Virus record (IMG/VR): IMGVR_UViG_3300012971_000068
Coordinates: 1-29,078 of that record
DNA length: 29,078 nucleotides
Direction: 5' to 3' (one strand)
DNA from: a virus
Taxonomy: Duplodnaviria; Caudoviricetes
A program made the translations under genes and the position numbers. The notes under the pieces are model-generated. The model was not told the DNA's origin. It searched no databases and saw only the letters and a list, made by a program, of their open reading frames with translations. Positions 17,556-26,513 of the stretch are shown here, piece after piece (within the stretch, counting starts at the first letter, position 1; each line of letters starts with the position of its first letter).

Positions 17556-18352
17556 TGCCGATAACTCACGCAGTCAGCTTCAACGGCTATGACCTGACCG
17601 ATATCATCGAGGCGCATAGCGATCAGGCGAACACGCGTGTCATTATGCAATCCGTCCCGAAGAGACACGGAGGGCTTCTGACGGAATCGCCCGTGCTCGA
17701 TGTTCGCAAGGTTCAGCTTCAGGGGGTTTATTTCGGGACGGATCAGCAATCGACTCGCGACAAGATCCGCGCAGTTGAAGGGGCGCTTGGCTACCAGAAG
17801 GGCAAGTTCAAGCTGTTCTCAGACAGGTACTACCTTGCCTGGAAGTCTGGCTTCAGCCATTCCTATGTCCCGAATACAAACCTCTGTGTCGTCGTCATGA
17901 CGATGGAATTCTCCTGCGACGATCCGTTTGAGTACGACGAAGGCGGGCCCTTCAGCCACAACGAAACCCTGACGACCGGGGACACGGTCACGGACATCAC
18001 CAACGGGTTCTACAAGAGGCAGTTCCATATCAACTATCCGGGGACTCAGAATGCCTACCTGAAGACAACCGTCACGGCAGACCAACCGGCAGGAGCGGTC
18101 AAGGAAGTTATTGTCCGTAACCTGACAACGGGTCGTGCCTGGACCTACGCCAGGACAGGAAGTGCGGGCGTGATCAATGCGGGCAAGTCCCTGATCGTTG
18201 ACGCCAACTATTTCACCGTCTTCAACGACGGGAAGAAGGACATCAAGGCTTGGAGCGGCTACTTCAACTGGCTCATTAACGGCGACAACCTCATGGAGAT
18301 CGAAGGGACACCTGCGTCTTACTTGTTTAACTGGGATCAGAGATACGCATGA
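17555..18352 (+). CDS. Distal tail protein (Dit-like)
   Basis: FNGYDL start, VPKRHG, R..QLQG, L..DRYY, FSCDDPF, N.G, L..GDN and terminal W..RY pattern. Directly after TMP. Confidence 0.85.
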   Translation: MPITHAVSFNGYDLTDIIEAHSDQANTRVIMQSVPKRHGGLLTESPVLDVRKVQLQGVYFGTDQQSTRDKIRAVEGALGYQKGKFKLFSDRYYLAWKSGFSHSYVPNTNLCVVVMTMEFSCDDPFEYDEGGPFSHNETLTTGDTVTDITNGFYKRQFHINYPGTQNAYLKTTVTADQPAGAVKEVIVRNLTTGRAWTYARTGSAGVINAGKSLIVDANYFTVFNDGKKDIKAWSGYFNWLINGDNLMEIEGTPASYLFNWDQRYA

Positions 18353-19104
18353 GCACTGCCATCTTCGACCCTGCTGTCTTGGATTTTGAACTCCCGAAAG
18401 GGCTCATCGCAAACCGTCCGAATCTGTCGGACTGGTTCAGCGACTGCCAGCTTGTCATGTTCGACCGGAAGACCGGGAGAATCAGCCAGCACGACTTCCT
18501 CGAGCTTGCCGACATCCTTGACGATGAGCTCTGCTACGCGAACAAGGCTTGGCTGGATGATTCCTGTAATCACCTGTGGAGGCTTCAGTGCAACTGGGCC
18601 GATAAGAATTCCAAAGACAAGAATGGGCGTGGAACGTTCGCGGTTCCTTCGGCAGGGCTCCCAATCGACATCGTCACCAAGAACCAGCTCAACCTTAAAT
18701 ACCTGAGCTTGTTCACTCCGGAAGAGAAGATCCGGAACCAAGATGAGATGTACCGGGACGGGAAATCTCTTCCGGAGTATTACAAGTTCCATGATCCCTA
18801 TGACGGATCGAGGCCGGTCATTGCGATTGGGACAACGGTGGTGAAGGCTCTCGAGTCCTTCACGAACATCTCTGGAAGCTGGCCCATCGAAGGCAACGAG
18901 AGCATCTCGGATCTCCTAATCACTCCGGGCCATACGTTCCGGAACGTCAAGGGGATCCTAACGAACTTCCATTACCCAAAAGAGCCGTTGTCAGCGCTTG
19001 TCGCAGCTTTCACGGGAGTCGAGCAATTCAAGGAAATCTACAAGTACGCGGTTGATTATGAACTTCGCTTTGTGGATTTTGGGGACCGTCTTCTGGTAAT
19101 CTGA
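18349..19104 (+). CDS. queA: Shortened QueA-like protein (SAM:tRNA ribosyltransferase-isomerase homologue)
   Basis: DFELPKGLIANRP, QLVMFDR..G.I.. ..F..L.D.L, AVPSAGL, VIAIGTTVVKALES, DLLITPG..F..V.GILTNFHYP, LVAAFTG and Y..A....LRF..FGD.LL match QueA motifs in order. Only 251 aa. Symbol denotes homology, not proven function. Confidence 0.85.
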   Translation: MSTAIFDPAVLDFELPKGLIANRPNLSDWFSDCQLVMFDRKTGRISQHDFLELADILDDELCYANKAWLDDSCNHLWRLQCNWADKNSKDKNGRGTFAVPSAGLPIDIVTKNQLNLKYLSLFTPEEKIRNQDEMYRDGKSLPEYYKFHDPYDGSRPVIAIGTTVVKALESFTNISGSWPIEGNESISDLLITPGHTFRNVKGILTNFHYPKEPLSALVAAFTGVEQFKEIYKYAVDYELRFVDFGDRLLVI

Positions 19105-19105
19105 A

Positions 19106-22100
19106 ATGGCTTGCTCCGGATCCGTCCCGACCATTACGACAGGCGCCGCAGTCTACGACTTTGTAGGCTGCACGCTGACCTACGTCGCAACGATTGACAT
19201 TCCCTGCGGCTCGAGCGGCTACAAGCTCTATGCCTATCTTGACCCGGGGACTTCTCCGACCTTCGCGCATCAGGTTGACAGCGTAGCTCTCCCCTCCGGC
19301 CCGGCAACGTACAGCTACAACAAAGTTGTCACGATGAACTGCCAGGCTCCGGGGAACTACGCCTGGAGCATCCGGATTGAATGTGATGGAGTTGGAACCT
19401 ACGGGGACGCGCACGGAACGTTCAACCATACGGAGCGCAACCCCGAGATCACCGCGTTCCAAGCGACCATCGACAGTGATGCGTGCAGCTACGCGGCGAG
19501 TGCGGCCTACCATGCTCTGTGCGGCGTCCCGGATGCGACCTGGACTTGCGAAATCTACCTGAAGAAGGGCGTCATCTCTGGGCTCTTGCCAGCCGACATG
19601 ATTGCCGGGCCGGTCGCAATCCCTTGCGGAATCGGGAATGCGAACATCTCGGCAAACGGCCCGATTGCCGGCAGAGGAACATTCTACTTCACGTTTGTCC
19701 TGAAAAAGAACGGGGTCGTTTTCTCCACCGTCAACCAGCCGGTTGAATGTTACGGCTGCGACGACTACGTTGACATCTTCGCGCCCGGGAATGCCGTCCC
19801 TTATGATGACATCCAAGAAACAATCTGGCTGGTGAAGCCCGTCAAGAGTGCTTCAGGCTACACCTACGAAGATCAGCGCCTTCTGTCAGCTTCCTATCGG
19901 ATGATCGACTGGTTCTACTATCGGAATGGTGGATGCGGCCCGTTCAATCTTGTTCTTGGGGAATCGTTCTCTGATCTGGAGCTTGCGCTTCAGAACCAGT
20001 GGGAAATCCATGTCCGCATTCAACTCCCGACTGAAACAAGCTTCACGACTTGGTATCGGGGAATCATCCGCTCTGGAGAACGGAGAACAAAAGGAACGGA
20101 CACCATCACGGAAGTCCGGGGCCAGGGCTACAACTCCCTGCTTGCGGAAGTGTATGTCGGAAGACGCTATCCGAAGGGCCTGAGAGTTGACCAGATTGTT
20201 GCAGACATCATCACCAACTACGTCAAGCCGAATACCAAGATCAAGCAGCCCCGAGACATTGACCCGACGCTTGGGACAGGGACCATCGGGACGGGCATCG
20301 ACCAGACCACGTATGTGACCCGAGGCCCGATTCACTTTGAATGCTCGGCTCTGAAGGCAATCAAGTTCCTCTCGGAGCTTGAAGGTGGCATGGAATTTGG
20401 CGTTGCTGCAAATAATGCCTTCTTCTTCAGGGCCAAGAACACCGACAATGCCATCAGTTCCTTGTTTGCCGGAATTGACGTCACGAGCGTTGTCGACGCT
20501 GGCAAGGAAGTCCAGAAGATCAACCAAGTCCGGGTTGAAGGGAAGGGATTCGGAAAGCGGGAGTTCAATGCTGTCATTGGTGACCCGACCGACATTACCC
20601 TGTATGGCCTCTTTGAGCGCCAGATCGAAGTCCCCTGGATTGAGCAGCAGGATGATGCGGTTCGCTGGTCAACAAACATCATTGCCCTGAAGCGGGATGC
20701 GTCTCCCTGGAAGACCTTGAGCTGGGACAACGTCAATACCCGGCTCGAGTCGGCCCAGCCCCTCCTTGGGATGCAGCAGCTTCGGTTTTACTCAGATCCG
20801 GGGAACTCTTCGACAAAATTCAACGACTACGACATCAACAAGATCCACTATTACAAGGGGCTGGTCCCGGGTGCCATGAAGCCGGTCCAGGAGATGCGGC
20901 GACCGATTGACTTCCAGACGGGGGACAACCCTCAGCTGAGAGCCGTGATCACGACCGGCTACCATCACCATGATCTTGTTGAGGAGCTTGAAGAAAAAGT
21001 CTTCGATCAGATCGGAGCAATCAAGGGCAAGCTCCAGCAGTTCCGGAATCCCTTTGTTGATCCGACGCTCCCGCTCCTTCAAGATGTCTCGCTGAACGCG
21101 GGTGAGCTTCAGGGCATGCCGAATGTCCCGGGCTCAACTGACGTGACGGCAGGGCCAATCCTCCTCCACTACTTTGACGGAACGCTCTGGAGAGATCTGA
21201 TCTCCATGAAGTCCGGTGAGCAGCTGCCGGCTTCGGGAGTTTTCGTTGGAGAAGAGTTCTTCAAATGGTCTGACGGAAGCCACACGACAGGCGTCAAATA
21301 CTATTGGACCGGATCTGCCTGGTCCAATATGTCGGGCGGGGGCGGTGGAGGCGGTGGGGACATCCGAAGCGACGGAACCGTGCCCTTTGCGGCAGACGAA
21401 TCCATGGGTGGGCACAAGCTCACCGGGGTTGCGGCACCGGTCTCAAGTACAGACGCGGCAAACAAACAATTCGTTCTTGACACCAAGGACTCAATTGCCT
21501 GGAAGGACCCTGTCCGAGTTGCGACAACGGCTGCTCTGACGCTTTCATCGGTCATCAGTGGTACCGTGATTGACGGATTTGCTGTTGTAACTGGGGATCG
21601 TGTTCTCTTCAAGGATCAGGCGGCCCAGGCAGAGAACGGGATTTACATCATCCAGACTTCGAGTACCCCTGTCCGGTCGACAGACGCAGACACAACCTCC
21701 GAGATGAACTGCGCCGCAACTGCGGTAAGACTCGGGACCGTGAACAAGAGCCGCGTCTATCTTCAGACAACAGACAGCCCGACAATCGGTTCAAGCGCAA
21801 TCGTTTGGACTCGAATTGACGGGGCTGGCGGAGGTGGAGGCGGGGATATCAAGTCTGACGGAACGATTCCGTTTGCTGCCAACGAATCCATGGGTGGGTT
21901 CAAGCTCACGAACGTTGGCGCCCCAACTTCGGGCACGGATGCAGCAAATAGACAGTACGTTCTTGACACCAAAGATTCGATTGCTTGGAAGGATCCTGTC
22001 AGAGCAGCTTCCACGGCAGCACTGACGCTCTCGTCTGTTCAGAACGGAACGGTTGTCGACGGAGTTACGCTTGCGACTGGAGATCGGTTCCTCTTCAAGG

Positions 22101-22495
22101 ATCAGGCCGCTCAATCTGAAAACGGCATCTACATTATCCAGGCCTCAAGCACTCCTGTCCGGGCGACCGATGCGGACACGACGGCAGAACTGAACTGCGC
22201 AGCTACTGCTGTCAGACTTGGAACGGTCAACAAGAGCCGGGTTTATCTCCAAACAACCGATAGCCCGACTGTTGGTGCGAGTTCGATTGTCTGGGCCCGA
22301 ATTGATGGCAGCGGCGGGGATATCCGCTCAGATGGAACGGTTGCCTTTGCGGCGAACGAGTCGATGGGGAACAACAACCTCATCAATGTCAAGGACCCGA
22401 TTAATCCTCAAGACGCGGCAACAAAAGCATATGTTGACTCGACGGTCGGATATGACCCTCTACACGATCCGGTTTTCTGGATGCTGATGGGGTGA
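19106..22495 (+). CDS. Tail tip/hub protein fused to fibre-type repeats, with Cys-rich N-terminal extension
   Basis: Central hub-like region (W.Y.RNGGCG.F.L, WYRGII, EVRGQGY..LL, SALKAIKFLSE..G.MEFGV, INQVRV). The C-terminus has repeats of the fibre motif WKDPVRVATTA.LTLS...IDG....GDRVLFKDQ....ENGIY. Confidence 0.8.
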   Translation: MACSGSVPTITTGAAVYDFVGCTLTYVATIDIPCGSSGYKLYAYLDPGTSPTFAHQVDSVALPSGPATYSYNKVVTMNCQAPGNYAWSIRIECDGVGTYGDAHGTFNHTERNPEITAFQATIDSDACSYAASAAYHALCGVPDATWTCEIYLKKGVISGLLPADMIAGPVAIPCGIGNANISANGPIAGRGTFYFTFVLKKNGVVFSTVNQPVECYGCDDYVDIFAPGNAVPYDDIQETIWLVKPVKSASGYTYEDQRLLSASYRMIDWFYYRNGGCGPFNLVLGESFSDLELALQNQWEIHVRIQLPTETSFTTWYRGIIRSGERRTKGTDTITEVRGQGYNSLLAEVYVGRRYPKGLRVDQIVADIITNYVKPNTKIKQPRDIDPTLGTGTIGTGIDQTTYVTRGPIHFECSALKAIKFLSELEGGMEFGVAANNAFFFRAKNTDNAISSLFAGIDVTSVVDAGKEVQKINQVRVEGKGFGKREFNAVIGDPTDITLYGLFERQIEVPWIEQQDDAVRWSTNIIALKRDASPWKTLSWDNVNTRLESAQPLLGMQQLRFYSDPGNSSTKFNDYDINKIHYYKGLVPGAMKPVQEMRRPIDFQTGDNPQLRAVITTGYHHHDLVEELEEKVFDQIGAIKGKLQQFRNPFVDPTLPLLQDVSLNAGELQGMPNVPGSTDVTAGPILLHYFDGTLWRDLISMKSGEQLPASGVFVGEEFFKWSDGSHTTGVKYYWTGSAWSNMSGGGGGGGGDIRSDGTVPFAADESMGGHKLTGVAAPVSSTDAANKQFVLDTKDSIAWKDPVRVATTAALTLSSVISGTVIDGFAVVTGDRVLFKDQAAQAENGIYIIQTSSTPVRSTDADTTSEMNCAATAVRLGTVNKSRVYLQTTDSPTIGSSAIVWTRIDGAGGGGGGDIKSDGTIPFAANESMGGFKLTNVGAPTSGTDAANRQYVLDTKDSIAWKDPVRAASTAALTLSSVQNGTVVDGVTLATGDRFLFKDQAAQSENGIYIIQASSTPVRATDADTTAELNCAATAVRLGTVNKSRVYLQTTDSPTVGASSIVWARIDGSGGDIRSDGTVAFAANESMGNNNLINVKDPINPQDAATKAYVDSTVGYDPLHDPVFWMLMG
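21359..22445 (+). repeat. Intragenic tandem repeats: two full ~160-aa units plus a partial third
   Basis: Units start with DI(R/K)SDGT at 21359, 21845 and 22319 (periods 486 and 474 nt), each preceded by a Gly linker. Confidence 0.92.
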
Positions 22496-22499
22496 TGAT

Positions 22500-22829
22500 A
22501 TGGCAGGTACGCCGAAAATACTTGGACAGTTTGTGCTCGGAAGCGGGAACATCCTGTTCCTGACGGTTCCGGTATCCAAGCGCTGGGTCGTCTCGATGTT
22601 CCATGTTTCCAATACGGACTCGGTTCAGCGGGCGGTTCGCTTGAACCACGTCTTGGCCGCAGACGGTGCGGTTGCTGTCAAGAACAGGATTGTCCCTGAC
22701 TCGGCGCTGCCAAACGGCGACTTCATGGAGTTCTGGGGCGGTGCGGTCCTGAACGCGGGCGACACCATCTGGGGGCTCTCCGATGCAACGGGCGTCATCA
22801 GCTGCACCCTTTACGGAATCGAGGAGTAA
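22500..22829 (+). CDS. Small beta-rich tail-fibre-associated protein
   Basis: TVP....VV....VSN......VRL...VLNAGDTI......SCTLYGIEE pattern, which I recognise from small proteins next to phage fibre genes. Confidence 0.65.
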   Translation: MAGTPKILGQFVLGSGNILFLTVPVSKRWVVSMFHVSNTDSVQRAVRLNHVLAADGAVAVKNRIVPDSALPNGDFMEFWGGAVLNAGDTIWGLSDATGVISCTLYGIEE

Positions 22830-22832
22830 GCA

Positions 22833-23708
22833 ATGCCGCGCGGAATCTCGAGGCTCCGTCAAGCAGAAAAGCAGAACACGCTTATCCTCCAGACGTTCAC
22901 CAAGACGGCTCTGGCAGCAGACGTCAATGACTACGATCTGTCGGTTGGCGCTTGCTTCAACATTGGGGCAACGGGAGCAGACCGGACTATCACCGGAATC
23001 CTAGGTGGAATTGAAGGCCGGGTTATCGAGCTTGTCAACTATCTCACGTTCAATCTCCTGTTCCCGAATGAGAGTCTCCTATCTGTTGCCGGGAATCGGT
23101 TTGTAACTCCAGATGGCTCAACGTATGTTCTTGGCCCAAACAAGAGCATTATCCTCTCCTACAACAACGCCGTCAACCGATGGATCATCGTAAGCACCGG
23201 GACAACCTTTGACCCCGTGACGGACACCCCGATGACAGCGTTGCTCCGTGGGAATATCATGAGGCGGTCGGCTTCCTCCTTGTTCGGCTCTCTTGTTGGC
23301 TCGGGGCTTGCGGTTGCGTTTGCGTCCTACACCTTCGGGGACATCACGAAGCAGAACTTTGCCGAAGTCTCGGGAACGGACATCAGCTTCACGACGAAGC
23401 GGCCCGGGAACTGCTTTGCGATTGCGATTGGGACAAACTACGCCGCAGCGTCCTTCATGTGGAGTAAATTTGGAGTTGCCTTTGACGGAGACACAAGCCC
23501 GGAGCTTAATGTCATCAAGATCGGAAACGGTGCCGGAGATGACTTGACCTACGACATGGTCCATACGGCAGTCTGGGTCAAGAATCTTACGGTAGGCGCT
23601 CACTTCGCAAGGATCTGGTGGGGGAAAGACCCGAGCAACCCGCAGAACATTGGACTCCGGTGTAATGCGACGCAGCCTCTTGTGATTGCGGTTCTTTATC
23701 CGGGATAA
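22833..23708 (+). CDS. Putative tail fibre/receptor-binding protein
   Basis: Beta-rich. ITGI..G.EGRVI.LVN....L...NES..S.AGNRF....RW module followed by a second beta-sandwich. GAGGAG RBS. Confidence 0.6.
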   Translation: MPRGISRLRQAEKQNTLILQTFTKTALAADVNDYDLSVGACFNIGATGADRTITGILGGIEGRVIELVNYLTFNLLFPNESLLSVAGNRFVTPDGSTYVLGPNKSIILSYNNAVNRWIIVSTGTTFDPVTDTPMTALLRGNIMRRSASSLFGSLVGSGLAVAFASYTFGDITKQNFAEVSGTDISFTTKRPGNCFAIAIGTNYAAASFMWSKFGVAFDGDTSPELNVIKIGNGAGDDLTYDMVHTAVWVKNLTVGAHFARIWWGKDPSNPQNIGLRCNATQPLVIAVLYPG

Positions 23709-23711
23709 AAG

Positions 23712-24104
23712 ATGGGCGTAACGAGATTCAGATATTTTGAAGATCCTGCTCCCTTTATCGGGAAGTCGGACTTTGAATGGTTCTACTCGGGAACCCTTCA
23801 GAAGAACGATGACAACAAAATCCCGGTCAAGACGAAGGCCATCGATGTCTACATTAACAAGCTTGAAGTCATTCTGTATTCGGCAGCTCAGGGTGACGTA
23901 ACGAACGGGCGCGTCATCGTGAACTTCTTCAAGAACGCAGTCCTGATTGACACGGTCATCATTACCCCCGGGGGCCTAACGGGCGCGACAAACATTGCGA
24001 AGACTCTGGTGACGGCGGGCGACAAAATGACCTGCACGATTACGAGTGTTGGGACGACGGTTCTTGCGATCACGGCAGCCATGTATGCTCGGGTGACGAC
24101 ATGA
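23712..24104 (+). CDS. Hypothetical virion beta-sandwich protein
   Basis: C-terminal VTAGDKMTCTITSVGTT motif. Coupled within the tail operon. Confidence 0.6.
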   Translation: MGVTRFRYFEDPAPFIGKSDFEWFYSGTLQKNDDNKIPVKTKAIDVYINKLEVILYSAAQGDVTNGRVIVNFFKNAVLIDTVIITPGGLTGATNIAKTLVTAGDKMTCTITSVGTTVLAITAAMYARVTT

Positions 24105-24886
24105 CGATTCCGTTCCATCTTGACCCTGTCCAGGTTCCCTTCGCGTATTCGCGGGATGATGGGATGACGGACGTCAACACGATCATCTCAACGATCCGTT
24201 CGCTTCTTGTGACAACGCTTGGATGGTCGGAGCCGACAACGGCTCGATTCAAAACCCCTGTTGATGCTTCCGGGCGATTCCTTGATATCCTCCTGACAAG
24301 GATCAGCGCAACGAACCTTGACATCTTGACCCGCAACGCGTCAGCCGTTACGGTCTGTGAGCGACGCATTCAGATTTCAAATCCGGGATCGGTCGAATAC
24401 TACTGTAACACCTTCGGAGTCTGCATCAATTCGCTCCAAGCGACCCCGGAGAGATTTGAGGCCCATGTCCTTGACCAAGCTCCAGATCTTCAGTCTGACA
24501 ACTCCCTTTATGTTGCGAGTCATGGCTATCGGAATACTTCAGATGTTGCGGACGCGGTTGACACGGGCCGGTACTTCATGATTGATAACGGGGCGGCGAC
24601 TCTTGCGGCGAGATCGAGACGGTGGGGCTGTACTCACGCGCCCGCCGTTGCAGATCTTGCAACTGCGGTTGGGTCACTCCTGTACCGGGATGCGATCCTC
24701 CGGGTTAACTCGGCTGGCAGCCAGCGTTGGGCCGGACGCATCTGCCAGTGTATCGCGGTCAATGAGCTTCTTGGGCCTGGAGTTGAAGAAAAGCCCTTCA
24801 TCGACACGGCAACCGGAGGAACCTTCAAGATCGTTGGCGGAACGGCTGGTGCCGTTGACCACCGTTGGGCTTTCCGAAAGGCATAA
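24101..24886 (+). CDS. Hypothetical tail-region protein, paralogue 1
   Basis: ATGA overlap with the upstream gene. Aligns end to end with the next gene. Confidence 0.75.
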   Translation: MTIPFHLDPVQVPFAYSRDDGMTDVNTIISTIRSLLVTTLGWSEPTTARFKTPVDASGRFLDILLTRISATNLDILTRNASAVTVCERRIQISNPGSVEYYCNTFGVCINSLQATPERFEAHVLDQAPDLQSDNSLYVASHGYRNTSDVADAVDTGRYFMIDNGAATLAARSRRWGCTHAPAVADLATAVGSLLYRDAILRVNSAGSQRWAGRICQCIAVNELLGPGVEEKPFIDTATGGTFKIVGGTAGAVDHRWAFRKA

Positions 24887-24887
24887 C

Positions 24888-25679
24888 ATGACGAAGCCGA
24901 TTGTTTTTGACGAAGGTGTCTGCCCCTTCGGATTCCGTCAGGACCTGACGATGACGGATTATAACACGTTCCTGACGAACATTTCTACGGAGCTTGTAAC
25001 AAATCGTGGATGGACGAATCCATCGTCAAATCTCTATCAGTGTCCGGCAGACAGCGGTGGGCGATGGATTGATATTCTCTTCACCCGTATCACGGCAACA
25101 GACCTTGAGTGCCGCGTCCGAGATCAGCTTGGCAGAACGCTCTGTACGCGCCGTATTCAGATTGCTGTTGCCGGGACGAACGTGAACTATTACACGGGTA
25201 AGTTCTACTGCATCATTGAATCTCTTCAGACAACTTCTGAAATCTTTCAGGCAATGATCACGGAGCCATCCCCGGACGGGGAATCGGACATGGCCTTCTG
25301 CAGTGCTCTTGGGACAGGATACCGGACGACGGCTGATGTGGTTGATGGGATCGGGGATCAGCCTGGAGAATATTTTGGCTGGGAAGATACGGCAGCAGCA
25401 AATCGTCAACGGCTCCAGACATCAGTCGATACGGGGAACGTTGCGATTCCGTTCATTCTTGTTTCAGGGAATCTGATGTATGAGCCTGTCGTCGTCGACA
25501 ATCTTGTCGCGGGCGTTGCGCGTTGGATTGGACAGTTGTACCAGTCTGTTATCTGCGACAGTAGCATTGCCTTTCAGGCCGACAAGACAGTCATGATTGA
25601 TGACGCCGTAAGTGCGACGTTTCGGGTTATTGGCCTTGCCACGATCAACACGAACCGGATGATGGTGAGGAAGGCATGA
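24888..25679 (+). CDS. Hypothetical tail-region protein, paralogue 2
   Basis: True start is ATG 24888 (MTKPIVFD), matching the paralogue N-terminus MTIPFHLD. The track's extension from 24582 overlaps the previous gene. Confidence 0.75.
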   Translation: MTKPIVFDEGVCPFGFRQDLTMTDYNTFLTNISTELVTNRGWTNPSSNLYQCPADSGGRWIDILFTRITATDLECRVRDQLGRTLCTRRIQIAVAGTNVNYYTGKFYCIIESLQTTSEIFQAMITEPSPDGESDMAFCSALGTGYRTTADVVDGIGDQPGEYFGWEDTAAANRQRLQTSVDTGNVAIPFILVSGNLMYEPVVVDNLVAGVARWIGQLYQSVICDSSIAFQADKTVMIDDAVSATFRVIGLATINTNRMMVRKA

Positions 25680-25966
25680 GCAATAGTGTTATCCTGTACT
25701 CAAGGGATAGTTCTTCGCCAAAGAACGGAACAGCCTTTGGGATTTATTCGTCAAAGTCTACGGCGACGGTTGCTGCAGATAAGTTTGTGGCAGTAACAAA
25801 AAGCGTGAAATTCCTATACGCAAGGGATAGCTCCTCGCCAAAAAACGGGACTTCCTTCTTCATCTCCGCAACGATTATTGGCGGGACGGATGCGATGCGT
25901 TGTAAGGGGGATGTCTTCGGGAACGCCAAGTCTGATCAGAAGCATCGTGGAGGGACCGCAGGATGA
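25676..25966 (+). CDS. Small protein with internal 40-aa duplication
   Basis: LY(S/A)RDSSSPKNGT(A/S)F occurs twice. ATGA overlaps at both ends. Confidence 0.65.
   Translation: MSNSVILYSRDSSSPKNGTAFGIYSSKSTATVAADKFVAVTKSVKFLYARDSSSPKNGTSFFISATIIGGTDAMRCKGDVFGNAKSDQKHRGGTAG
25701..25851 (+). repeat. Imperfect direct repeat, period 120 nt
   Basis: CAAGGGATAGttcttcgccaaagaacggaac at 25701 and CAAGGGATAGctcctcgccaaaaaacgggac at 25821. Confidence 0.8.
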
Positions 25967-26511
25967 GAGCCTACAAAAAGCATCACGCGGAGCATCTCGA
26001 TGGGACTCGAGGTGCTTGGCGTCCAACGCTGATTGCCTCCATGATCGGGGCAGATGGTCATCCGATTGCGTGGAAGGAGATCGTTGTTGTCTCCTGCCAT
26101 AACTGCGGTTTGCAATACGGAGTTGGCGGGGACGATGGTGGCCCGCAGATCAAGCCGGACGGCACGACGGACATCCCCGTAATCTGCCACAACTGCAAAA
26201 CCGAAGACCATATGACCTTCGAGAAACATCAGGAGTCTGAAGGCCGGGAGCATTACGCAAAGCTGAAAGAGGCTGCTCAGACCGAAGCTGATGATGCCCG
26301 TCATCGGCATATTCAGGAGCACTTCAAGGCCAAGATGTATGAGAATATCGAGGACATTACAAAGACAATTGCGAAGAAAATTATCCCTTCAGGGGCTCCG
26401 AATCGGGACAAGCTCTTGAAACAGTTCATCGATGAACAGAAGGCTCAGAAACAAACGAACGCAGAACTGATCCAGAAGGCAATTCAGAAATACCTTCAGG
26501 ACGAAGAATAG
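25963..26511 (+). CDS. Zinc-binding protein with C-terminal helical region
   Basis: SCHNCG...ICHNC pair, then a charged helical tail. Confidence 0.7.
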   Translation: MRAYKKHHAEHLDGTRGAWRPTLIASMIGADGHPIAWKEIVVVSCHNCGLQYGVGGDDGGPQIKPDGTTDIPVICHNCKTEDHMTFEKHQESEGREHYAKLKEAAQTEADDARHRHIQEHFKAKMYENIEDITKTIAKKIIPSGAPNRDKLLKQFIDEQKAQKQTNAELIQKAIQKYLQDEE

Positions 26512-26513
26512 AC

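Noticed and set aside
24582-24887. 102-aa N-terminal extension of the ORF ending at 25679
   Set aside because: It overlaps the upstream paralogue, and paralogue alignment fixes the start at 24888.
21359-25851. Repeats as DGR template/variable pair, shufflon or CRISPR array
   Set aside because: Differences are synonymous rather than adenine-specific, the repeats are in-frame coding, and there is no reverse transcriptase, recombinase or spacer structure.
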